A stretch of 38,340 nucleotides of DNA from an uncultured Thiobacillus sp. (GTDB taxonomy: Bacteria > Pseudomonadota > Gammaproteobacteria > Burkholderiales > Thiobacillaceae), in NCBI GenBank assembly GCA_964623355.1, contig CAZUSF010000001.1:15188-53527 (forward strand), given 5' to 3'. The notes beneath the pieces are model-generated. The model was not told the DNA's origin and made no database searches. It was given only the letters and a program-made list of their open reading frames with translations. The translations under genes were made by a program, and so were the position numbers. Shown one piece after another: positions 1-9,183 of this stretch. The first letter of the stretch is position 1, and each line of letters starts with the position of its first letter.

Positions 1-959
1 TCGGTCTCGGCCTTTTTCAGGCTGTCGCGCAGGTACGTGATCTCGGCCTCGGCGGGGGGGCGTGCCGGATGTTTTTCGGCCAGGCCATCCAGTTTCTGAC
101 TCAGCTCGGTGATGCGCTTGGTCGTTTCCGCGCGCAGGTTGATCAGGGTCATGTCACCCTGGCGCATTTGCAGCAGGGAATTGCCGAGGTTGGTGGGCAA
201 CTCCCGGTTGCTCAAAAAAGCTTGATAGATTCCCTCGGCGCGCCGGCGTTCGATTTCGGCATTGGTCAGTTTTTCCCGCAGGCCGGCAAGCAGGCGGTCA
301 TAGGGGTTCTCGGCGGCATCGGAGAAGGTGGTCAGGCCCAGACGCTCAGCGAGCCCGGAGCGCTTGAGCTCCATCGCGGTGATTTCCTCGCGCAGCTTCT
401 TCGATTCTTCCCGCAGCACGTTGTAACGCTCGGACGAGCCGTAAATCTGTTCGGACTTCGCGGTCTCGAGAAACGAGACCATGATCGCGTTGATGATCGC
501 ATGCAGGCTCGCCTGCTCCTTGGGGCCGCCACTGAGCTTGACCCGGACCATGTAGGTGTCGGGGATGGCCCGGGTGACCAGGATCCGCTGCAGTTTCTCG
601 ATGTACTCCCGCTGGGTCAGCGCGGCGGGGCGGGGATCGATGCCCTGCTTCTTGAGGATGGCCAGGGCCTGTTCCAGCACATCGTAGCGGGTGACCGAGT
701 TCTGCAGGTGATTGACGAACTCCCGGTACTGCGAGTTCGACTGCAACTCCACCTCGGCATCGGTCTCCAGGTTCTTCATGTAGCGCGGCGCGACCTGGAA
801 GATGGCCTCGGCGGAATAGATGCTGATTCCTTTGTTCCAGACCACTGGAAAGCCGAAGACCACGATCATGAAGAAGACCACTACGCTTACTTTGTAGTGG
901 CGCTTCAGGCTGAGCAGCGGCTTGATGCCGATGCCGGGAAGGGTGGTCGTCTGTTCCAT
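1..959 (-). CDS. Wzz/GumC-type polysaccharide chain-length determinant / EPS transport protein, N-terminal ~319 codons (3' end lies beyond the window start)
   Basis: Absent from the ORF track because it runs off the window. My reverse-complement translation from the ATG at 959 reads MEQTTTLPGIGIKPLLSLKRHYKVSVVVFFMIVVFGFPVVWNKG... This gives an N-terminal TM helix followed by a long coiled-coil-like stretch (...ERYNVLREESKKLREEITAMELKRSGLAERLG...), open to position 1. The + strand ORF 69..1334 is its antisense shadow. The start lies 13 nt after the stop of the upstream same-strand gene. Confidence 0.7.
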   Translation of the reverse strand, partial: MEQTTTLPGIGIKPLLSLKRHYKVSVVVFFMIVVFGFPVVWNKGISIYSAEAIFQVAPRYMKNLETDAEVELQSNSQYREFVNHLQNSVTRYDVLEQALAILKKQGIDPRPAALTQREYIEKLQRILVTRAIPDTYMVRVKLSGGPKEQASLHAIINAIMVSFLETAKSEQIYGSSERYNVLREESKKLREEITAMELKRSGLAERLGLTTFSDAAENPYDRLLAGLREKLTNAEIERRRAEGIYQAFLSNRELPTNLGNSLLQMRQGDMTLINLRAETTKRITELSQKLDGLAEKHPARPPAEAEITYLRDSLKKAET

Positions 960-971
960 GTGTCGGGGCGA

Positions 972-2141
972 TCAGGCCGGGTGCCGCATGGCGAGGTCGA
1001 GGATGTCTTCCTGGTCGGTCGTCAGGCCGTTATCGAGGCTGCGCGCATCGGCAAACAGCCAGGCGGTATCGGTGTGGCGGCCGTCGAGCACGGTGCCATC
1101 GGTGTCGGCGCAGTAGTGGCTGCCGACGATCTTGTCTTTGAAATAGGCATTGCCGCCGATGCGGGTGTGCTCCATAACCACGGTGCGCTCGACATGGGCG
1201 CCGCCCTCCACCACAGAGCCGGCGCCGATCAACACCGGTCCGACCAGACTGGCACCGTCCTGCACCTCGGCGCTGCCGCCAATGAACACCGGCGGCATGA
1301 TCTTGACCCGGTCGAGGTCGATATTGACGTTTAGACCCATCCACACGCCTGGGCGTACCTCCCTGCCCGGGATGGCAAAGCCACGAATCTCGCCCTGAAG
1401 GGCCTTCATGCTGACCGCATGGAAATCCTGGGTGCGGCCGATGTCCAGCCACCGCCAGGGGGTGTCCAGGTTGAGGCCGTAAAGGCGCTCGCCTACCTCG
1501 GCAAGTTTTGGGAACAGCTCGCCGCCGATGTCGTAGGGGCCGTGCTCCGGGATCCAGCCGAGGATTTCCGGTTCAAACAGGTAGATGCCGGTGTTGACGA
1601 GGCGGCTTTTGGCCTCTTCCCGCTTGGGCTTTTCCTGGAATGCGGTGATGCGGCCATCGGCGTCCTGCACCACGACGCCGTAATTGCTGACTTCCTCCTC
1701 CGGCACCTCGCGCAGGGCGATGGTCGCCAGGGCCCTGTGCTCCCGATGGAAGCGCAGCAGCGCCTCGAAGTCGAGGTCGACGACGGCATCGCCACAGAGC
1801 ACCGCAAAAGTTTTATCGAAGAAGCCGGAATGGTCATGAATCTTGCGGATGGCACCGGCGGAGCCGAGGGGGGCGTCGATCAGGGTGCCGTCTTCTTCGC
1901 GGCCCTCGAAGGAGTAGGCCATCTCGACGCCGAAGCGCTGGCCATCTCCGAAGTACTGCTCGATCCTCGGTGCCATGTAGCTGGTGTTGACCATGATCTG
2001 GTCAAATCCATAGTGGCGCAGGTGCTCGACCAGGAACTCCATGACCGGCTTGTTGACGATCGGGATCATCGGCTTGGGCAGGCTGTCGGTCAGGGGACGG
2101 ACACGGGTGCCGCGGCCGGCAGCCAGGATCAGGGCTTTCAT
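972..2141 (-). CDS. NDP-sugar pyrophosphorylase (nucleotidyltransferase fold plus C-terminal left-handed beta-helix), mannose-1-P/glucose-1-P nucleotidyltransferase-like
   Basis: MKALILAAGRGTRVRPLT..PKPM is the signature G-rich NTP-binding loop. Hexapeptide repeats sit in the C-terminal third. The track ORF begins at a GTG at 2159. I prefer ATG 2141 (or 2144) because GAGGA lies 4-7 nt upstream. Confidence 0.85.
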   Translation of the reverse strand: MKALILAAGRGTRVRPLTDSLPKPMIPIVNKPVMEFLVEHLRHYGFDQIMVNTSYMAPRIEQYFGDGQRFGVEMAYSFEGREEDGTLIDAPLGSAGAIRKIHDHSGFFDKTFAVLCGDAVVDLDFEALLRFHREHRALATIALREVPEEEVSNYGVVVQDADGRITAFQEKPKREEAKSRLVNTGIYLFEPEILGWIPEHGPYDIGGELFPKLAEVGERLYGLNLDTPWRWLDIGRTQDFHAVSMKALQGEIRGFAIPGREVRPGVWMGLNVNIDLDRVKIMPPVFIGGSAEVQDGASLVGPVLIGAGSVVEGGAHVERTVVMEHTRIGGNAYFKDKIVGSHYCADTDGTVLDGRHTDTAWLFADARSLDNGLTTDQEDILDLAMRHPA

Positions 2142-2231
2142 CATCAAGTCCTCGTGCACGTAGTGGTGATGGCATTACACCCGAACGGGGACTGACCGGT
2201 GTGGCGGGAGTGTGAATTTTTGGAAAACATG

Positions 2232-2255
2232 CGCCAACCGCTCACGGCGTTGGCG
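2232..2255 (-). terminator. Candidate rho-independent terminator after the hybrid kinase gene
   Basis: 7-bp stem CGCCAAC/GTTGGCG, 14 nt after the stop at 2269. On the minus strand it is followed by CATGTTTTCC. Both the stem and the T-tract are weak. Confidence 0.3.
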
Positions 2256-2268
2256 AAGTCCGCAGGCA

Positions 2269-4659
2269 TCAAGTGAGTTGGAGGTCGATGAAAGCGGTCA
2301 GCGCGATATCGAGCGCCCGTATTCGCTCGTGGGTGGCCTCGACCGGGCCCGCGAGCCCGGCCTCCAGGTCTCGGGCGATGGCGGCCACTGCCTCGGCCCC
2401 GACGGTCGCCGCCGCCCCCTTGAGGGCGTGGACAGTGGTCTTGAGGGCGACGACATCCCCGGCCTGCAGTGCGTCGAGCAGGCGTGCACCATCGCCGGCG
2501 TGGTGTTCGATGAACAGGTTAATGGCGCGGGCCAGGGCCTCGTGGTCATCGAGAAAGCGGGCCTCGGCGGTCTCCGCCGGGCCTGCACCGGCAGTGTCCG
2601 CGCGCCGCGGTGGCAGCCAGCGGGTCAGGCAGCCCCAGAGCTCGTCATCGTCGAATGGCTTGCCCACGAAGTCGTTCATGCCGGCCGCCAGGCAGGCGGC
2701 CTGCTCCGCCTGGCTTATTCCCGCCGACAACCCCACCACAGGCAGCGTCATGCCCATGGCGCGTAGTCTGCGGGTCGCCTCGAGGCCATCCATTTGCGGC
2801 ATCTGCACGTCCATCAGGATCAGGTCGGGGAGCCCGTCCATGGCCTCCAGCCGTTCGATCGCCGCAACCCCGTTCACCGCCAGGTCGGTGCGGATGCCGG
2901 CCCGGCGAAGCAGGCCGAGAATGACCATCTGGTTGACCGGGTTGTCCTCGACCACAAAGAGGAAAGCACCACGGAACTCCTGCGGGGGGGCGCTGGAAAG
3001 TCCAGCAGGCGGGGCCGAGTCGGGCGTTACCCGTTGCAGCGGAAACAGCATGCGGCGTAGGGCATTCGGGGTCAGGGGACGGGTGAGGCTACCGAGGCGG
3101 GCCGGGTCTGCCCAGGCGGGCCAGGAGGGCTCGTCATCGGCTACGCCATGCAGGTACAGACAGATCGGGGGCGAGGCCGGATCGATCCGGCCGGCGAGTG
3201 CGGCCTGGGCCGCCGTGCTACAGCCACTGTCGATAAGCACGACGTCCTCGGCGGCAAGGTGCCGGCCCCCCGTGTATTCGACCTGAAGCCCCGCTGCGGC
3301 AAGGTGTTCTGCGAGTGTTTCGGCGGTTTCCGTCGAACCGGCGAGCACCACGGCGTGTTTCGCCTGCGTCTGCGCTGGCGTGTCCGGACGCGGTGCCTCC
3401 TGGACGTGGAAGGGCAGGCGCAGGGTAAAGCGGCTGCCCTCGCCGGAGCGGCTGTCGACGCTCAGCGACCCGCCCATGCCCTCCGCTAGTTGGCGGACGA
3501 TGACCAGCCCGAGCCCGGTGCCCCCGAACCGCCGCGTGGTGGTGGCGTCGGCCTGGGTAAACGGCTTGAACAGGCGGGCCAGGGTGTCGGCATCGATGCC
3601 GATACCGGTGTCGCTGACACTGAAGGCAATCCAGCTCAGGCCGTGGCTGTCGACTTCGGAGGCGAGCGACAGCTCGACGCGCCCCTGCTCGGTGAACTTC
3701 AGTGCGTTGGACAGCAGGTTTGACAGGCACTGGCCGATGCGCAGCCGGTCGCCGACCAATTGACGCGGGATATCCTTGGGCACCCGAAACAGCACCTCCA
3801 GTTTCGGGCCGGCGGGCATCTGGGTCGCGAGGGTGGCGAGCTCGTCGAGCAGTTCGTCGAGCATGAAGGCTAGGTGCTCGTACTCCATGCGCCCAGCCTC
3901 GATCTTGGCGTAGTCCAGCAAGTCGTTGAGGATCTGCAGCAGGCTGCGTCCCGACTGGGCAATTTTTTCCAGGTGATCGCGCTGGCTCGGCGACAGCTCT
4001 GTCATCAGCAGCAGTCGGCTGAGGCCGATGATGCCGTTCATGGGGGTGCGGATTTCGTGGCTGATGTTGGCGAGAAAGGCGCTCTTGGCCTGGCTGGCCG
4101 TCTCGGCGGCGGCGCGGGCCTGTTCCAGCTCGGCGGCTGCGGTGCGGGCCAGCGTAACGTCATCGAAGACGTGGAGGGTGTGGTGGTCATCGGCCTGGAC
4201 CGAAGCCAGTTCGACAATCATGGGCTGACCGTCACGCCGTGACGTCGACCACTCCACCTGGGCAATGCCCTGTTCCCGTAGCAGTTCCAGGTGACGGTGC
4301 AGATGTCCCTCGCCGTCGTCCGGCAACAGGCCTGCCAGGTCGAGTCCAGGGATGTTCCGGGCATCGCAGCCGCAGATGCTCGCGGCGGCCGGGTTGGCGA
4401 GCTGGATACAGCCCTCGGCATCAGTCTCGAGAATGCCGTGCAGGGCATAGTTGAAATAGAGGCGCGCGCTCGCTTCGCGGCGGCAACGCTCGGCCTGGGC
4501 CGGCGCTAACTGGCCGAGCAGGGGCTCGAGCCGGGCGGCTAACTGGCGCCGCGTCTGCTCGGGCAGGCCCTCGAGGTCCATCCCGGTGAGCAGGGCCTCG
4601 CCACGGGCAAGCCAGTCCTGGATCGCCTCCGGTGCGGCAGGTAGCCTGGGTTGGCTCAT
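2269..4659 (-). CDS. Hybrid sensor histidine kinase (PAS - HisKA - HATPase - degenerate REC-like spacer - REC - Hpt)
   Basis: H-box [13 protein letters not shown]; G-boxes DTGIGI and GGTGLGL; receiver [12 protein letters not shown]...[13 protein letters not shown]...GKP; C-terminal Hpt motif [13 protein letters not shown]. The ATG at 4659 overlaps the upstream stop (ATGA). Confidence 0.9.
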   Translation of the reverse strand: MSQPRLPAAPEAIQDWLARGEALLTGMDLEGLPEQTRRQLAARLEPLLGQLAPAQAERCRREASARLYFNYALHGILETDAEGCIQLANPAAASICGCDARNIPGLDLAGLLPDDGEGHLHRHLELLREQGIAQVEWSTSRRDGQPMIVELASVQADDHHTLHVFDDVTLARTAAAELEQARAAAETASQAKSAFLANISHEIRTPMNGIIGLSRLLLMTELSPSQRDHLEKIAQSGRSLLQILNDLLDYAKIEAGRMEYEHLAFMLDELLDELATLATQMPAGPKLEVLFRVPKDIPRQLVGDRLRIGQCLSNLLSNALKFTEQGRVELSLASEVDSHGLSWIAFSVSDTGIGIDADTLARLFKPFTQADATTTRRFGGTGLGLVIVRQLAEGMGGSLSVDSRSGEGSRFTLRLPFHVQEAPRPDTPAQTQAKHAVVLAGSTETAETLAEHLAAAGLQVEYTGGRHLAAEDVVLIDSGCSTAAQAALAGRIDPASPPICLYLHGVADDEPSWPAWADPARLGSLTRPLTPNALRRMLFPLQRVTPDSAPPAGLSSAPPQEFRGAFLFVVEDNPVNQMVILGLLRRAGIRTDLAVNGVAAIERLEAMDGLPDLILMDVQMPQMDGLEATRRLRAMGMTLPVVGLSAGISQAEQAACLAAGMNDFVGKPFDDDELWGCLTRWLPPRRADTAGAGPAETAEARFLDDHEALARAINLFIEHHAGDGARLLDALQAGDVVALKTTVHALKGAAATVGAEAVAAIARDLEAGLAGPVEATHERIRALDIALTAFIDLQLT

Positions 4660-5024
4660 GCGGTTGCCAGCCGGACCCGGATGTGGCTGAACAGTGTCAA
4701 GGGGCTGAACGGCTTGATGAAGTAGGCATTCGCGCCAAGGGCCATGGCCTGGTCGCGCACCTTGGAATCGCTCTGCCCGGTCAGGATGATGATGTAGGTG
4801 TCATTCATTTCGGGATCCTCGCGGATTGCCGCCAACACGTCCAGGCCGTCCAGTTCGCCCGGCATGATCAGGTCGAGGACGATGATTTCCGGATGCTCGC
4901 GGCGCGCGCAGTCCAGGCCATCCCGACCGTTGTCGCATTCCAGTACATGCAGGCTGCGCCCCAGAATGACCTTGTAGAGATGCCGGATAACCCGGTCGTC
5001 CTCGATGATCAGCACCTTATCCAT
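4656..5024 (-). CDS. Single-domain CheY-like response regulator (122 aa)
   Basis: MDKVLIIEDD...IIVLDLIMPGELDG...IIILTG...FIKPF. The track ORF 4656..5423 has a non-coding-looking N-terminal extension. The ATG at 5024 overlaps the upstream gene stop (ATGGATAA). Confidence 0.9.
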   Translation of the reverse strand: MDKVLIIEDDRVIRHLYKVILGRSLHVLECDNGRDGLDCARREHPEIIVLDLIMPGELDGLDVLAAIREDPEMNDTYIIILTGQSDSKVRDQAMALGANAYFIKPFSPLTLFSHIRVRLATA

Positions 5025-7836
5025 GGTTCGTCCTCTCGTCCTGTGTGGTCCGCCCGTTGGCGCGGCGCATGCGCTTGCCCAGATGAATGCGGCATACCCA
5101 GGGTGCAGGAACGTCGTAGCGGACCTCGTCGACGCTGTTACGAATGATGAACAGCCCGAATCCCCCTTCGCTTTCGCCGCTGAAGTCCGGCTCGCTGTCC
5201 TGGGGTTCGAAGGCCTCGCTGCCGATATAGAAGAGTTCCAGCGCCATCCAGTCGGCACGGGTTCGCAGCCGGGCGTGCAGCACGCTTTCCGGCAAGATAG
5301 GCTCGGCATGGCGGATGACGTTGGTGGCGGCCTCGAACGCAGCGAGGATGAAGGCGGCGCTGTCGACCTCGGAAAATCCGGCGTCCTGCGTCTGTTTTTC
5401 GATCGACTGGCGCAGTGCTGCAAGACCGTCGAGCCGCCAGGGCAGGTTCAGGTCCGAACATTGGTTGACCTCCTCCATAAGCGGCCGGTGCTTCAGGGCA
5501 ATGCAGGTTCGGTCATCGCTGGGGGGCTTGCGCTGTTCGAAGTCGTAGACCGCCATGCGCACCGACTGGACCAGCATCGTCATCGGGATGCTGCTGCGGT
5601 GCAGGTTCTGCACCAGGTCCGCGAGCCGCTCGCCCCCGAACATCTCGCCGTTTTCGTTCTGGGCTTCCGAGAAACCGTCGGAATACAGGAAAGCCAGCGT
5701 GTTCGGCGGAAACGCCAGGCGCTGCGCACTGTAGTACTCGTCTTCGATCACCCCGATAGGCAGATTGTCGCTGGTGAGCAGGCGGCAGCCCTCGTCGCCG
5801 ACCAGGATGGTCTGCGTGTGCCCGGCGTCGACAAGCTCAATCTCGCCGATCGTCATGTCGACCCTGAGGTAGGCCAGGGTCACGAAACTTTCGAGTTCCA
5901 CCAGGCGGGGAGTCAGGTTGCGGTGGATGTCATTGACCAGTGCCTCGATGTCGGGCGCAACGCCAGGCATATTCTGCAGCTGCAGAGCGCCCATCGAGCG
6001 GCTCATCTGCTGTTTCACGGCGGCCCCGATCAGGGCCGCGTTGATGCCCTTGCCCATCACGTCGCCGATGGACACATCGAAGCGGTCTTCGCTGATCTGC
6101 AGGAACTCGTAGAAATCGCCGTCGATGCCCTTCGAAGGCTCGGTGAAGGTGGCGAGACTGAGGGCCCCCTGGTTTTCGGGAACGTTCGCGAACAGGAGCG
6201 TGCGCTGGATGTTGTGGCCGATCGCCAGTTCACGGGCCCGGGCGCGGTCGAGGTCGAGCTGCACCGCGCGCTCGCTCTCGATCATTTTCTCCAGATTCAT
6301 CCGGTACAGGTCAATCTGCTGTTCCTGGCGTTTCTGGTGGGTGATGTCGGTGCGGATGGCGATGTACTGCCTGGGCAGACCATCATCACCCATCATCGGC
6401 ACGATGGTCGCTGCCAGCCATAAGAGATCGCCGTCCTTGCGGCGGTTGACGAGTATGCCGTGCCAGACCTCGCCGCGGCGGATGGTTGTCCACATTTCGC
6501 CATAGAAGGCTTTGTCGTGGAGGCCGGACTTGAGGATGCGGTGGTTCTGGCCGATCAGTTCATCCATGGCGTACTGGCTGGCCTGGCAGAACTTTTCGTT
6601 GGCGTAGGTGATAGTCCCCGCAGGGTCAGTGATGCTGACGATGGCATGCTCGTCGAGTGCGTATTGCTCCGCCGCCAGCTCGCTCACGGTCTGCTGCAGC
6701 ATGGCCGAGGTGCGCTGCTGGTCGGCCTCCAGCTGCTTTTGGGCGCTGATGTCGCGCAGCGAGCCCAGGAAATACTGCTCACCGCCGCTCTTGAATGGCG
6801 CGATGCTCAGCTCGACCGGGAATTCCTCGCCGCTGCGGCGCAGCGCGGTCAGCTCGATGCGCTTGTTCAGGACCGAGCCGATGCCCGTGTTGAGGTAATG
6901 GCGCATTCCCCTGGCGTGGTTAGCCCGATGCGCATGCGGAACGATGATCTCGCCCATTTCGACACCGATCACCTCTTCATGGCGCCAGCCAAAGATCGTT
7001 TCGGCGGCTGGATTGAAGTCGACAATGCACCCCTTGGCGTCGATGGTGATCAGGGCGTCGAGCGAGGCCTTGAGGACGGCGCTTTTGCGAGCCTCGCTGT
7101 CCTGCAGGGTTTGGATTTGCCTGTCCAGGGCGCCCGAGGCCTCGTTGAGCGCATCGTGCAACTGGCGGATTTCGACGATCCAGCTCCGGCTGTTGCGGCG
7201 CGCACCGCGCAACTTGACGATGTCTGCCGCGAATTGCGCAGCGTGCTCGATCGCACGGCTGGTACGGCGCAGCACCCAGATGAGCAGCGCGCCGCTAGCC
7301 AGGCTGGAGAGCAGGATGGTGAACAGGGTGTCACGCCAGATGTTCCGGCGTATCGACTCCAGTTCCGCCATGCTGGTTCGGATGCGTATCCAGCCGATGG
7401 TTTCTCCACGGTTGATCGGCTTGGTGAGCAGGTAATCGCTGCCGTCATAGGCCTCGGGTCTGGTGGTGTCAAGCAGGGCATTCAGCGCGGCATAGCGGAC
7501 TCGTCCCTCGTTCGCGGACCCGCGTACGACGCTAACCAGGATGCGCCCCTGTGCATCGGCCAGGGTGATTTCCTGCACCGCGCCGAGAATGACCAGGCCC
7601 AGGAGAGTTTCCTCCAGGGTGTCCAGGCGGCCGAGCAGTAGTTCGTTGGCTGACCCCGCCATGATGTTCTGGGAGAGGACGTGGGTGTCGCGCAGGATCG
7701 AGGCGTATTTCGCCTGGCTCTGCACATGGGCGCTGTAGCCGCCAAAGCCGAGCAGCACAGTGAGCAGGATGCCGTTGACGACCAGGGTGAGGTACAGCCA
7801 GAGGCGGAGGGGGGGGACGGTCATCAGGGGGCACAT
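5017..7836 (-). CDS. Membrane sensor protein: periplasmic region - HAMP-like - 2x PAS - PP2C/SpoIIE phosphatase - RsbW-like GHKL serine-kinase domain
   Basis: TM helices LWLYLTLVVNGILLTVLLGF and LFTILLSSLASGALLIWVL. PAS blocks (ITIDAKGCIVDFNPAAETIFGW; SITDPAGTITYANEKFCQASQY). PP2C motifs GIDGDFYEF, GDVMGKG and YSDGFSEA. C-terminal N-box-like AAFEAATNVIRHA and G-box-like EGGFGLFIIRNSVDEV. The start is uncertain: ATG 7836 or 7824, neither with a clear RBS. Confidence 0.85.
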   Translation of the reverse strand: MCPLMTVPPLRLWLYLTLVVNGILLTVLLGFGGYSAHVQSQAKYASILRDTHVLSQNIMAGSANELLLGRLDTLEETLLGLVILGAVQEITLADAQGRILVSVVRGSANEGRVRYAALNALLDTTRPEAYDGSDYLLTKPINRGETIGWIRIRTSMAELESIRRNIWRDTLFTILLSSLASGALLIWVLRRTSRAIEHAAQFAADIVKLRGARRNSRSWIVEIRQLHDALNEASGALDRQIQTLQDSEARKSAVLKASLDALITIDAKGCIVDFNPAAETIFGWRHEEVIGVEMGEIIVPHAHRANHARGMRHYLNTGIGSVLNKRIELTALRRSGEEFPVELSIAPFKSGGEQYFLGSLRDISAQKQLEADQQRTSAMLQQTVSELAAEQYALDEHAIVSITDPAGTITYANEKFCQASQYAMDELIGQNHRILKSGLHDKAFYGEMWTTIRRGEVWHGILVNRRKDGDLLWLAATIVPMMGDDGLPRQYIAIRTDITHQKRQEQQIDLYRMNLEKMIESERAVQLDLDRARARELAIGHNIQRTLLFANVPENQGALSLATFTEPSKGIDGDFYEFLQISEDRFDVSIGDVMGKGINAALIGAAVKQQMSRSMGALQLQNMPGVAPDIEALVNDIHRNLTPRLVELESFVTLAYLRVDMTIGEIELVDAGHTQTILVGDEGCRLLTSDNLPIGVIEDEYYSAQRLAFPPNTLAFLYSDGFSEAQNENGEMFGGERLADLVQNLHRSSIPMTMLVQSVRMAVYDFEQRKPPSDDRTCIALKHRPLMEEVNQCSDLNLPWRLDGLAALRQSIEKQTQDAGFSEVDSAAFILAAFEAATNVIRHAEPILPESVLHARLRTRADWMALELFYIGSEAFEPQDSEPDFSGESEGGFGLFIIRNSVDEVRYDVPAPWVCRIHLGKRMRRANGRTTQDERTNHG

Positions 7837-7852
7837 CCGGAACGTCGGGATG

Positions 7853-8686
7853 CTAGTCCTTTTCCAGGCTGACGTAGCGCTCAAGACCCAGTCGTGCCAG
7901 CGGCGCATAGTCGCCGTAGTCGGTGCGCCCGGGATTCGGTATCTGGATGTCTCGGAGCGCCGCGGCGAAGGCGGGGTCTTCGCCAAGCCGGAGGAAGGCA
8001 TTCTGGACCGCCTCGCGGACCCTGGCCGGAACCCGGGGATGCGCGGCGACGGGATGCGGACTGGCTGGCGGTGTTTCATACAGGACACGCAGCATGCCTT
8101 GCATCTCCGGGCTTTCCTTCTCCAGGGTCTGGCGGATGGCACCGCCGGCCAGGGCACGGCCCGTCAGAACATGCCGGTAGACGTTGGAATGCGTGGTGAG
8201 ATAGTTCGGCTTGAAGCGGACCTTCGCCACTTCGGTCAGCAGGGCGCGCATGTACAGCGAGGCGCCGAAGGCGTTCGGGGCGGGAAAGGCGATCTGGGCA
8301 CCGTCCAGGTCCCCGAGGCTTCGGATGACGGCGTCCTTGCGCACCACGAGAATGCCGGTGAGCCGTTGTTTACGGTCATGAACGATGGGCAGGTAGCCGG
8401 CCGCCTTGTTGGCCATGACCACGTGGTAGGGGTTCATGTAGGCAAAATCCGGCTCGCCCTTGAGAAAGGCGGCCTCGAAGTCGGGGATCGTCAGGTAGTG
8501 TCGCAGTTGCAGGGTGATGCCCGCCTGCCTGCCAACTTCAGCCAGGATGGGCGTCCAGTCCCGGGAGATCAGCCCGGCGGGAAATTGCGGCACTACGGCC
8601 ATGCTGTAGGTGGACCCGGCCTCGGTACGCTGGCCGGCCAGGGCCAGGCCGAGGGCCAGCGCTGACAGGAAGGAACGGCGGTTCAT
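7853..8686 (-). CDS. PhnD-like (phosphonate-type ABC) periplasmic substrate-binding protein, with no cognate permease or ATPase in the window
   Basis: Signal peptide MNRRSFLSALALGLALAG. Body matches the PhnD family by eye (AVVPQF...W.PIL...PDFAYMNPYH...ILVVRKD..IRSLGDLDGAQIAFP.PNAFGASL). GGGAGA RBS upstream of the ATG at 8686. Confidence 0.8.
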   Translation of the reverse strand: MNRRSFLSALALGLALAGQRTEAGSTYSMAVVPQFPAGLISRDWTPILAEVGRQAGITLQLRHYLTIPDFEAAFLKGEPDFAYMNPYHVVMANKAAGYLPIVHDRKQRLTGILVVRKDAVIRSLGDLDGAQIAFPAPNAFGASLYMRALLTEVAKVRFKPNYLTTHSNVYRHVLTGRALAGGAIRQTLEKESPEMQGMLRVLYETPPASPHPVAAHPRVPARVREAVQNAFLRLGEDPAFAAALRDIQIPNPGRTDYGDYAPLARLGLERYVSLEKD

Positions 8687-8769
8687 CGACGGGTCTCCCG
8701 AGTCGTTGGTCAGTAGGCAAACGCCTGCGTGCCAGAGCGTCGCCCCGTGGGGCGTACGCCTGGCAGCCT

Positions 8770-8826
8770 GTCGGGCTTTGGAATCGTCGGCTGCGCTCGT
8801 TTTGCAGCCGACGACCAAAGCCCGAC
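8770..8826 (-). other. Long intra-operon stem-loop (about 23 bp of pairing, 9-nt loop)
   Basis: GTCGGGCTTTGG-aa-TCGTCGGCTGC gctcgtttt GCAGCCGACGA-CCAAAGCCCGAC. It begins 7 nt after the STAS stop codon and has no T-tract on the transcribed strand. Confidence 0.6.
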
Positions 8827-8832
8827 CGGCTG

Positions 8833-9171
8833 CTAGAGGGCAGCTACGGCATCGTCGCGCGAATTATAAATGGCGAAGATGCGGTGCATACGAACCAGTT
8901 CGAACAGGGCCTGTACCGGCTTGCTCATGGCGAACAGCTTGAGCTGGCCGTCCTTGTTGTTCATGGTGCGCAGGCAAGACAGCAAGATCCCGAGGCCCGA
9001 ACTGTCGACAAAGTTCAGGCTGCCCATGTCGATGAGCACGGCGTCGTGGTTTTCCAGGACGGGCAGCAGCTTTTCCTTGAAGGCCTTGCTGTTCCCGGCA
9101 TCGAGGCTTTCAGCCTGGAGGGTGACGATGGCGGCCTGGCTTTCCTGCATCTTTTCGAGGGTGAATTGCAT
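8833..9171 (-). CDS. STAS-domain anti-sigma-factor antagonist (SpoIIAA/RsbV/HsbA-like)
   Basis: 112 aa. Motif LIDMGSLNFVDSSGLGILL carries the phosphorylatable Ser context. AGGAGAA RBS before the ATG at 9171. Confidence 0.9.
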   Translation of the reverse strand: MQFTLEKMQESQAAIVTLQAESLDAGNSKAFKEKLLPVLENHDAVLIDMGSLNFVDSSGLGILLSCLRTMNNKDGQLKLFAMSKPVQALFELVRMHRIFAIYNSRDDAVAAL

Positions 9172-9183
9172 GGTGTTCTCCTA

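Noticed and set aside
69-1334. 421-aa ORF on the + strand
   Set aside because: It lies antisense to two well-supported minus-strand genes (Wzz-like and NDP-sugar pyrophosphorylase). The sequence is low-complexity and Gly/Ala/Leu/Arg-rich, typical of shadow ORFs in GC-rich DNA.
7809-7816. G8/C8 homopolymer in codons 3-6 of the PP2C sensor gene (also C8 at 33393..33400 inside the 110-aa ORF, and G7 runs at 54..60 and 2984..2990), considered as phase-variation tracts
   Set aside because: At this GC content a few runs of 7-8 G/C are expected by chance in 38 kb (my rough estimate). No evidence of length variation can be obtained from a single sequence.
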